In this document: one piece after another, positions 53,324 through 64,000 of the stretch
Position numbering within the stretch: the stretch's first letter is position 1
How the letters are laid out: the number at the start of each line of letters is the position of its first letter
DNA from: Octopus bimaculoides
Taxonomy: Eukaryota
Length of the DNA stretch: 64,000 bases
Assembly (NCBI RefSeq): GCF_001194135.2
Contig: NC_069000.1
Span: 13,048,013 to 13,112,012 of the forward strand
Reading direction: 5' to 3'
Translations under genes and position numbers: made by a program
Notes under the pieces: generated by a model
Told to the model about the DNA's origin: nothing
The model's input: only the letters and a program-made list of their open reading frames with translations
Database searches by the model: none

Positions 53324-54300
53324 TTGTTTAACCGTGAAGATCATTATCAACGCGTTTCCCTTGCAAATGTGTAGTCATCGATATGGGATATAATTAGTAT
53401 ATTTCTTTCAGTTTGATTGACGGTTAAATGGAAATTCTTTGTACATAAGAAAATATAAGGCTATCGATGATATTTCAAGTAATTGTTTTGTTACAAGAAA
53501 TCTACTGTGTATTCAAATCAAGTCTGATCCGTTAATGCTTCATGAATTGAACTAGTATTAATACTCTACTTTTGGAGAATGAGGTGATATCTCTAACTGA
53601 CGTCAGCACCAAATTTGTCAGCTGGCTCTGCAACTAACTGTATGATGTTTCTGCAGAATATGACTGAAAGCTCTACGAAGACAAAGTGAAACATTCATTG
53701 GAGTGTCATTCTAAATTACCCCAGAATATTTATTTCGTCTCGTTGGTATACGTTAAGCATTGAAGCTGCGCCTGAGATTGTTCTACTGTACTTCCTTCTG
53801 CTGCAATTTCTACTGTATTTCTACTTCTTCTGATTGACTCTATGACTAGTTGAACAAAATGAAATAATCATCGCTAGAATATTAACAAAATGAAAGAATT
53901 ATTTCCAGAATATTATCTTTATTGATTCCTTAAATTATGAATATTTCTAGTGAGATTTGAACTCAGAATCTACGTAAATTTTGCAGCTCCACATGAATGA
54001 CGAATCAATCTTTTGTATGAAAACCCCACTTTAAATGATTTTTGCTGCCATTTTGTTTTTTCTTTGCGTAGTCGCTTTATAGAATTCACATTTTTCTTTC
54101 ATGTACAAACTAGTTCTCTTACCATCATATCCGTAATTTATATCGGAGAAAACAAATATCTAAATAAATATCTCTCTCACTCGACTGTAAAAAGATATTC
54201 TCACATTTCTATGCGATATAAATATTATTTAAGACATTGAGAAGCCTCATTTCAAATAAACGAAAGGACTGAGTGTATATTGCCCTAAACAAAGTTCACA

Positions 54301-54346
<46 letters not shown>

Positions 54347-54655
54347 TACATATATATATACATACATATATACGCATACATATATACATATATACATATA
54401 TATACACACACATGCATAAACCACTTATATTATGTTAAAGATCAAAGAAATTGGACATCTGATCCCATATACAAGATGGGCATCTGGTTGCATTGCCAAT
54501 CCTCTGTGTTGATATAACCCAGCTATATATGTATTGAATGAGGTCTTTCCAGATAACCCAAGGTAACATAAAACTTCAGATCTGCACTGCTTTCCGAGGT
54601 TGTATAATGTCAGTGTTGAAATCTAAACTGGTGTCAGATATTTAAATACAAACAA

Positions 54656-54688
<33 letters not shown>

Positions 54689-56108
54689 CACACATACACA
54701 CACATAACAAATAGTAAAAGCAAATACAACAATATTAAAAAAAAGCAAAGTTGAAACGAAGCAAAATATATATTTATATGTGGGTTAGATTCACCCGATG
54801 GCAAATAGCTTTAATTTCCTTGGTAAAAAGTGAACAGCTGGTTGTTGTGGGTTGGACTTTCGTTTCTTTCAGCCACTGTTCATATATAATCATAGGTGTT
54901 GTCGAAATATATTATACAAGCAGTGGTATATAAACATGAACGATAGCAATGTTTACATTGAATATGACAGGTAATTCACGTTCTACGTTCATGAAAGATG
55001 TGTCAAACCTGAATTATACTTTATGTCAGGAAAGACCAAAGCAGAGAAAAATCGCTAGATGGGCTGATTTTCTTTCAGAACCAAATGTGGTGGATTTATG
55101 CAGTCGAAATTTTATTTTAGATTAATTGAGAAAATCGAAAGTAATCATATGGGAATTAATTACGAGTGAACAATTAACTATGTTATTTTTGATTCTGAAT
55201 CTTGGAATTGCCAAATTTTTAGAGAAGACGTGGTTGTGTGAATCAACTTCATTTGCAGATAGAATTATAAAATCGATCTGTAACTGCGACAAAACGTTGC
55301 AGATTTTTAGAGAAAGATTATAGTCATTAGGAAAGATAATATTCAATAAAGGGCGAAACGCATGCGACCTTAAGATACCTGCTGATTATACGATGGATTT
55401 AAAAGAAATTTGGGGTTTGTACTCTAACTTATTGAAGAAGTAAATTGTAGCACAATAAAGCTTTTAGTCCAGCAGTCAGTTACTGTCTCCTGATTTAATT
55501 ATTACTCAATTAGAATATCAATCTGAAGAGGCTGATGACAATCTGGAAGCTGATTTATGTTTTACTATTATTTAAATATAAATAATCGAACTGTATAACA
55601 TTTTTCTATCAGCTTTATACACGTTTATTTGACAGAAGAGTAATTAAGCGCAAAAAGATATTAATAGAAAACTGAATACATTATTTAAAACTCCTACGTT
55701 TCGACTTCAAACTTATTTTTTCACTACAACAGATTTTAAACAAAACAATACATAAAGATATGTAAATATTTTTTTACAGATTTTATTCTTACTTTTAGTC
55801 GGTGGTAAACTTAGATATTCCGGCATGTGGCTAAAAATGTCTGCCGATAGTGCTGTACATTAGCAATTTCTGACACTGATATGATGAATGAATACGAAGC
55901 GACTTTGTAGGGTACGAAACCGTACATTGCTGAATATGATGGCAACAATTAGATTTTCAAACAAAATTTAGCGCCTGTTGAATAGATTATTAAAATGTCA
56001 ATAACAAATAGAAATGATTTAACACAACGCACATACACACGTATGTATATATATTCGGCTGCTTCAGGTGAAAATTGTCAAAGTGTAGTACAAGGGTTTA
56101 GCATTTTT

Positions 56109-56330
56109 CAAAAGTGTAGTAAGCCCCACATACGGCAGTTTTGCACAAATATTCCTAACTGAAAATATACATGCATGGAGCTACGATTTTATGCACCCAA
56201 AAAAGTATTATTGCTGTTGTTAATGTAAGAAAATAGAAACTGTTGCTAATGTAAAAAAAAAAAATGGAACAATGAAACTACTTTTTCGTTTTCTGAAAAA
56301 AAGCAACGTTTAGGTCTTACGACACTTTTG
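56109..56330. mobile_element. MITE-like element with ~20-nt imperfect terminal inverted repeats
   Basis: caaaagtgtagtaagcccca versus the reverse complement of taggtcttacgacacttttg (17/20 match). Confidence 0.5.
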
Positions 56331-56843
56331 CATAATAGCAACAATATATCTATATATATGCACGCATACATGTGTATGTACATAGCTATGTATAATTATA
56401 TATAAAGTGTTATTGATAACAAGCAGGACATTTCATCTGGAGCTGATTTTACTCCTATCTATGTGAAACATCTTGCAAGTTGTCAGCAAATCTGACTCTG
56501 ACAAGCTTCACAGCAATTATATCTGGGCAAACAATATGGCGAGACGATTAACCCAAATTTATATTTCTGCTCTCGTGGATTACGTATGAATATTCAAGTT
56601 TTACTGGACATTACAATTCTACTATGGACTTTCCCTAATTCACTGGAGCATCTTTACTAACCATTGGCAATCAAACTATGCATATCCGTCTTACTTATCA
56701 GATAAACTTGCTACTAGTTTAGTAAAAGCAGACAGTCATATATTAATAATTCGAGTGGAGAAGCCGCATTGCGTTCGTTCAAATTTGAAGTTATAATATT
56801 CAATAACGATTATATTATGTAATATAAATATTAATTGTGCAAT

Positions 56844-56906
<63 letters not shown>

Positions 56907-58854
56907 CATTTATTAATATTCTAAGCGTTAATTATCAATTCTGCATTCAACTAGAATGTGATATCTTGCTTCATTAGATATTAGTTGATACAACTTGATT
57001 CTACAGAGAACTAATTTGTCGATAAATTCAAGTGGGAGCTACTAGCGAGTGAATGAGGACACAACGTTCAGTAACATTTATATTTAATTTCAGAAAATCA
57101 AGAAAGCCAAACAAAGTTCGTAACGGAGTCCTCGTCGGTTTCGACGATGACCATTCAGACCTTCGATGAACTGAATTTCTCCTAAGTGTGAAATTAACGT
57201 GTAAGTTGGCTGAATATACCTGGAACAATTTAAGTATACATAACACAATTTTGAGCTTCGTTGACTCATAGAACTATTGCCAAATAATATCTGACATTAT
57301 CCACAGATATATGTACATCATGTTCAATTTATTTGTACAGATATTTTAATTACGATTGAAGTGAAATGCAAAACTGTTAATAAGAAAACTTTTAATATAA
57401 ACCTTTCATCCTTTAGGGGTCGATAAAATAAATAACAGTTCAGCATTGGTTTAATGTAATCGACTTGTAAATTTCTGGCTCTGTGCTAAAATTTAGAACC
57501 AATATAAGCCTGGAAATGGGTAGCGATACGAAAATACCAAGTCCGTTCTCGGTTGACTAATTACACAATCAAATTTTGATTCTATTTCTTATTTCATTTT
57601 CTCCATACCTTTACGGCATTGGATGAATATAAATACTTGAATCTCCAGTTTTTCGCTCGTTATTGTGTCATGCTTTGTGCCTAAGTAAGAGACATTTGTT
57701 AGCATTTGTTAGATAAGGCTGCAATCTGATAGAAAGTTTTGAGTTCAAATTCCGCCGGGGTCGACTTTGCCTTTCATCATTTCGGAATCGATAAAATAAG
57801 TAACATTTCAGCATCAGGGCTGATGATATTCACGTTACACTGTCCCTTAAATTGCTGAACTTGTGCCAGAATTCGAAACCATCTCTAACCAGAACAACTT
57901 TGTAAATCACACAGCGACGTTTCTCAAAATGGAGTTTAATTCAACGAGTGGATTACAGATCATATAATTCTGCCTCTAAATTAAAATTATCAAAAAGAAT
58001 TAATTATTTCAATCGGATTGTGCATTCCTTAGAATAAAACTCATTGACAGAAACTTGATCATGCAGAAAAGGGAAGAAGAAGAGGAGGCGACAAAAACTA
58101 GACGTATGAGAGAATGCACGTTACAGAAGACGAGCAGCATGACTGAGAGTGCGCCACTAGCTTACTAATTAGACTGTTAACCTCATGGGCACATGCTACA
58201 CAGACTCCGGCCTGACGATAAGGACCAAATCTACCATCTCTTGGGTCAAAAATTAACAATTTAAAATTTTCAATGTAATTTATTTTCTTCAAATGATTCT
58301 AATTGCCAATAATATTCACGTGCTAAATGAGGAAATTAAATTTTACTTTTGTCTCTAATGCTGAAATTTTAATTTGATAAATAGATTAGAATAAAATATT
58401 TCAGCTGGGGGCATTAATTATAAGCAATTATAATAAAACATATGTAAAAAATACCACGATTTGACTTAGATCTTCATCAACATATCGTTGACAAGAGCCA
58501 TAAAATTTGGCGGGAATTAAGCATAATGAGTAGAATAGGGAAGTAGCGCATGTTATAGTAAAAATGCTCCTTGAGCCGAGGCAGTTGTGACTGAGGGGAG
58601 GGGTACTTTGCTACATATTATGTTGAACGTGAATGTTGTATTGGTAGATATGTCAGAGGTGAAACTAGGTGGTGGATCGCTGAGTGAAAACAACTGGAGA
58701 TAGTTTTGAGAGTGGTGATTTTCATCATAAAATGTTAGTGAAATCTTTTATCTTGTAAATGCTTCAATCATTTAACTGCAGTCATACTGGGGCACAGATT
58801 TGAAGGGTTCTAATCGAACGAACCGTCTCCATTACTTATCAATTTAAATCTATC

Positions 58855-59170
58855 ACTTATCAATTTGTGTAGGGCGCAGTTAAGCGAGAGATCAACAAAA
58901 CTCCTTGTAACACCAAAGATGAATTGAAGGCAAGGATTATGGTAGCATTCACAATCTGAAACACGGAGACGGTCCAGAAGAGTTGCAGGAGATTCCGAAG
59001 ACTTCTGATGGTCGTGGTTGAAGTCAATGGCGATTTTATTGATTAAATTTACTGTTTCGTATTTCAAGATATTGTTTATGAAATTTTGGTAAACATATCT
59101 GTTAAAATCAGATGTCAGAGTCATTTTCATTTTTGCGTAATTTAGACGACAGTTTATTCACCGCACCTTG
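58855..59170 (+). mobile_element. Tc1/mariner transposase 3' remnant with right TIR
   Basis: YQFV*GAVKREINKTPCNTKDELKARIMVAFTI*NTETVQKSCRRFRRLLMVVVEVNGDFID*. Ends ...ccgcaccttg next to (TA)n, a CAGGGTG-like TIR. Confidence 0.8.
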
Positions 59171-59194
59171 AATATATATATATATATATATATA

Positions 59195-59365
59195 TATCTG
59201 TGTGCGTAAGACGGGCCTCATTCAGTTGCCGTTTAGCAAATTTACTCACAAGGCTTTGGTCGACCGAAACTATTGTAGAAAACACATGCCCAAGCTGCCA
59301 CGCAGTGCGATTGAACTTGGAATCAATCACGTGGTTGACAAGCAAACTTCTTACCATAAAACCAC
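59195..59365 (-). mobile_element. SINE family A, 5' half
   Basis: actcacaaggctttggtcgaccga...cttcttaccataaaaccacgcc. Confidence 0.75.
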
Positions 59366-59612
59366 GCCTGATCCTATTTAAGGAAAAGGTAGAAGCAGTG
59401 TAACAATCATGTTAACAGAGCAACGCGAGAGGAAGTTGTCGATGGCAACAGAACACGTAATGAAATTCTCTTCACCCTCACATAAAATTCTCTTCATCCT
59501 CACATATAAAACTAATCAACCATACCAATTACAACTAATAAAACACATTAATAAGTTGTAACCAGCCTCGCCTATTAGACCACAATACTAATACGTAGCG
59601 TCGCCTACTTTT

Positions 59613-59669
59613 TCAAACATCACTAATCACCCAAAAACTACTACTACTACTACTAATAGTACCACCACC

Positions 59670-59716
<47 letters not shown>

Positions 59717-59796
59717 CACTACTACTACTGTTGCTGCTGCTGCTATTGCTGTGATGACTGTTGCTACTACTTCTACTACTTCCACTACTGTTACTA

Positions 59797-59829
<33 letters not shown>

Positions 59830-59906
59830 TTGCTGTGATGACTGTTACTACTACTTCTACTACTGTTACTACTAATATTACCAACACCACCACCACCACC
59901 ACCACC

Positions 59907-59937
<31 letters not shown>

Positions 59938-60006
59938 TTGCTGTGATAACTACTACTACTACTGCTACTATTGCTGCTACTGTGACTACCACTACTACTG
60001 CTGCTG

Positions 60007-60052
<46 letters not shown>

Positions 60053-60086
60053 CACTGCTGCTGCTGTTACTACTACTACTACTACA

Positions 60087-60117
<31 letters not shown>

Positions 60118-60130
60118 TTGCTACGATTAC
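59613..60130. repeat. Compound trinucleotide microsatellite (CTA/CAC/CTG) with internal duplication
   Basis: Visible directly. Produces Thr-, Ser- and Val-rich pseudo-ORFs. Confidence 0.9.
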
Positions 60131-60242
60131 GTCTACTGATCACATCACTTCCTGCATCTGCTAACTAGAAGTCATTCTCGTTAACATGCAAAACGAAAGA
60201 AAGTGAAGCGATATAAGACACACACACACACACACACGCACA

Positions 60243-60278
<36 letters not shown>

Positions 60279-60825
60279 TACACACATACACACGTACGTA
60301 CACACACACACACNNNNNNNNNNNNNNNNNNNNNNNNNNNNNNNNNNNNNNNNNNNNNNNNNNNNNNNNNNNNNNNNNNNNNNNNNNNNNNNNNNNNNNN
60401 NNNNNNNNNNNNNNNNNNNNNNNNNNNNNNNNNNNNNNNNNNNNNNNNNNNNNNNNNNNNNNNNNNNNNNNNNNNNNNNNNNNNNNNNNNNNNNNNNNNN
60501 NNNNNNNNNNNNNNNNNNNNNNNNNNNNNNNNNNNNNNNNNNNNNNNNNNNNNNNNNNNNNNNNNNNNNNNNNNNNNNNNNNNNNNNNNNNNNNNNNNNN
60601 NNNNNNNNNNNNNNNNNNNNNNNNNNNNNNNNNNNGCAAAAATGCAGCTAAACTGCAATTTGCATAGCTGCTGTTTGCGATCCTATTAAAGGGGCTTTCA
60701 TCGACACAATAACATTGATGTTATTGTTGATGCTGACGATGATGACGATAATGATGACGAAGACAACGACGGTGGTGGTGGTGGTGGTGGAGGTGGCGGT
60801 GGTGGTAGTTGTAATGGTTACTCTC

Positions 60826-61043
60826 TTTTACTTGTTTCAGTCATTTGACTGCGGCCATGATGGAGCACCGCCTTTAGTCGAGCAAATCGACTCCAGGACT
60901 TGTTCTTTGTAAGCCTAGTACTTATTCTACCGGTCTCTTTTGCCGAACCGTTAGGTTACGGGGATGTAAACACACCACCATCGTTGGTCAAGCGATGTTG
61001 GGGGGACAAACACAGCCACGCAAACATATACACATACACACAT

Positions 61044-61101
<58 letters not shown>

Positions 61102-61223
61102 GACAGGCTTCTTTCAGTTTCCGTCTACCAAATCCACTCACAAGGCTTTGGTTGGCCCGAGGCTATAGTAGAAGACACTTGCCCAAGGTGCCACGCAGTG
61201 GGAATGAACCCGGATCCATGTGG
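60826..61223 (-). mobile_element. SINE family A
   Basis: High similarity to 17754-18119 in opposite orientation. Confidence 0.9.
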
Positions 61224-62891
61224 TGGTGATTATGGTGGTGGTGAAGCTTCTTCAGTAACCATATAGCTGCCCAGTAACAAAATATGTGCATACTACTTAA
61301 ATAAAAGTCATTATGAAGAAACAATAAACTGTTGTATCTCGGGAGGGTCAGTATGCCAATAATAGACACAAACACCGCTTCTATTTCATTACGTTATTTT
61401 TTATTTCTGAATTGGTTAACCAATTAACCAATTGACTAATGGGCTAACTGCTGAATCAATCAGTCTATCAGCTAGGTTTGCAACGAAAGAGCAACGAAAC
61501 CTGGCTGACTGACCAAACGATTAGTCAAACAGTCGAATAATTAATTGGTTATATGTTTAAACAACTGACAAATCAAAATACAGAAGTGCAATAGTACCAG
61601 GGTGTGTGTTTATTATTGACGTAATGACCCTCCCAGGATACAAAGAAATATGTTTCAACGCACGAGTTCGCGCCAGAAATCTTGCGAACATGATACAAAC
61701 ATGAAACAGAAACAATATATATATTTTTAGGAAAAACCTTTTTATGATTGGATGTTTTCTGTATCTCGAGCAATTCCACAAAACTGTGAGATGCATACGT
61801 CATACATTTCAACATTTTTACTCAACACGTATTGTGTTGGTTATGATAGTTTTTACCTCTACCTCATCTATCATTTCGGAATATTTTTTGTCATTTATGT
61901 TGCTTCAGAGAACCAATTTAGAACGCATACTGTCATACCTGAACATCCCTCTAACGCTTTCAACTCTAGCAGCTGTTAGCTTGGTAGCGAATGCGGAAAG
62001 TTGTTAGAGGGTCGGATAAGATGTTTTCTGGCATCTGTTCCGGCGTTTTTAGTTAAAATCCATTGCAGGCCAGCTTTGTCTTTCATCCTTTTAGAAATAA
62101 TAAACTACCGGACCATACTAAGTTCGATTCTTCCTTTCTCATATTCTCTCTCTGTCTGTCTCTGCAATAAATTAGCTGGTTAAATCTGGACAAGAATGGA
62201 TTCTGATGATGACGATGCGGAATTGACCATACGTAGTTGGTGTCAGCATGAAATTTCATCATTGATTTTTTGGGAAAAGTCTTTCGATATGAGCACATAA
62301 TATGAAGTGTGTCTATTTTGTGTTCCTGACGGAGTAGGGAATTTATCCTCAACATAATAAACGTTACAGATGTTTTCGTTCTCACTTTACCCATTTATTT
62401 TCTATTCATTTTCTATAATGTGACCCTCTTTTCTCTCTCTCCCTTTTTTTATTCTCTCCCCTTTCCATTTTCCATTCTTGTAAGCACATATGACGTTTTC
62501 TTCGCCTTCAAAACGAAATATCTATCGTAGCACACACTAACATTTCTGCTTTTCTACACACACGTTAGCATACAGGAAATCACACACGCAGTGAAGAACA
62601 ATGTCAAAAGTAATAGGAAAAAAAAACCCTGAAAACAATAAGTGTGTCTGTCTCTCAAATTATATTAAGTCTCACTGTTCACGACCCCTTAAAAACTCAA
62701 CCAAATGGAAGGGCACATTAACGACACACAGTCAGAAGTTATGCAAAGCTAAACTACTTCTCTAAACATACAAGCACACAATCACATACATACACACAGA
62801 CGGGCACAAAACACACTCACACTTGCATACACACGCACGCACACACACACACATTACACATTGTCGTCATATATGTTTGGTCTATATTTCT

Positions 62892-62927
<36 letters not shown>

Positions 62928-63348
62928 TGCATTTATGCGTGTGTGTATATATATANNNNNNNNNNNNNNNNNNNNNNNNNNNNNNNNNNNNNNNNNNNNN
63001 NNNNNNNNNNNNNNNNNNNNNNNNNNNNNNNNNNNNNNNNNNNNNNNNNNNNNNNNNNNNNNNNNNNNNNNNNNNNNNNNNNNNNNNNNNNNNNNNNNNN
63101 NNNNNNNNNNNNNNNNNNNNNNNNNNNNNNNNNNNNNNNNNNNNNNNNNNNNNNNNNNNNNNNNNNNNNNNNNNNNNNNNNNNNNNNNNNNNNNNNNNNN
63201 NNNNNNNNNNNNNNNNNNNNNNNNNNNNNNNNNNNNNNNNNNNNNNNNNNNNNNNNNNNNNNNNNNNNNNNNNNNNNNNNNNNNNNNNNNNNNNNNNNNN
63301 NNNNNNNNNNNNNNNNNNNNNNNNNNNNNNNNNNNNNNNNNNNNNNNN

Positions 63349-63399
<51 letters not shown>

Positions 63400-64000
63400 A
63401 ATATATACAACATTTATTCATTTATTTATTTATCGATGTATGTATATACACACACACATATGCAGAATGAAAGACAGAGAGAGACAGAGACAGACACACA
63501 GACAGACTGAGATGTCAAACCTGTCATCTGCAAGTGAATATGATGCGGTAACTTGTACAATGCTTTTGCTAATTGTTTATGCGTCTAACGGGCAGATATA
63601 ACAATAATATTATCTTAGTGTAAAGTATCTTGGTAGGAACATTGGGAAACATGACATAAGTCCATGACAAGTGTGAAGTTATGAAATATAATGAGAGCTA
63701 CAATGTAAGTGCACTAACAAAAGAAAAAATACTACCTTATTGGTATAGTAAATGTAGACATACATTAAATATTCATATTTAGGTAAATATGTACATATAT
63801 AAATATTCTCCGGACATATACTTGTGCTTCTAACACTTGCAGAAGAACCGTTTGACGTAAGTAGTACTCAGATGCTTATATATATAAAGCAGATGATGCC
63901 AGTACAATATAGAAATTTAAAGTAAAAAATATGTAGATTTCTAATATCATTTCTTTATATTTTGCTGGTAGTTTACAGGCGTAAATTTGCGAATATGAAA

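Noticed and set aside
54440-54562. GPCR TM7-like ANPLC*YNPAIY
   Set aside because: In-frame stop inside the motif and no other transmembrane exons nearby, so likely chance.
57094-57200. Strong acceptor and gtaagt donor pair
   Set aside because: All three frames stop before the donor. The cgtcg-aaac-cgacg hairpin there is not a hammerhead (core CUGAAUG, no helix II).
59613-60164. Thr/Ala-rich mucin-like ORF and antisense Ser-rich ORF
   Set aside because: Pure trinucleotide repeat open in several frames on both strands, with no splice or signal context.
63843-63856. 14-nt micro-exon candidate (ttgcag / gtaagt)
   Set aside because: Not frame-preserving and untestable at the window edge.

Overview
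AT-rich, microsatellite-saturated eukaryotic scaffold with 17 N-gaps. The SINE families and repeat landscape look like a coleoid cephalopod, probably Octopus (inference). Almost all ORF-track entries are translations of simple repeats or gaps. One coding exon is well supported: a 251-nt + strand exon (4426-4676) encoding most of a CUB domain. I could not find its neighbouring exons. Several weaker orphan exon and promoter candidates lie on both strands. The rest is transposon debris: two abundant tRNA-derived SINE families, R4/Dong-type and RTE-type LINE remnants, a mariner 3' end, a Helentron-associated (HINE-like) element and MITE-like pieces. The most interesting signal is a set of minimal type-I hammerhead-ribozyme-like folds in apparently different Penelope-like repeat families. 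All have a palindromic helix III and one extra nucleotide after A9. One has a compensatory G3:C8 core swap, and one forms the tail of a tRNA-headed SINE. All folds and splice sites were derived by eye and none was computed or searched.
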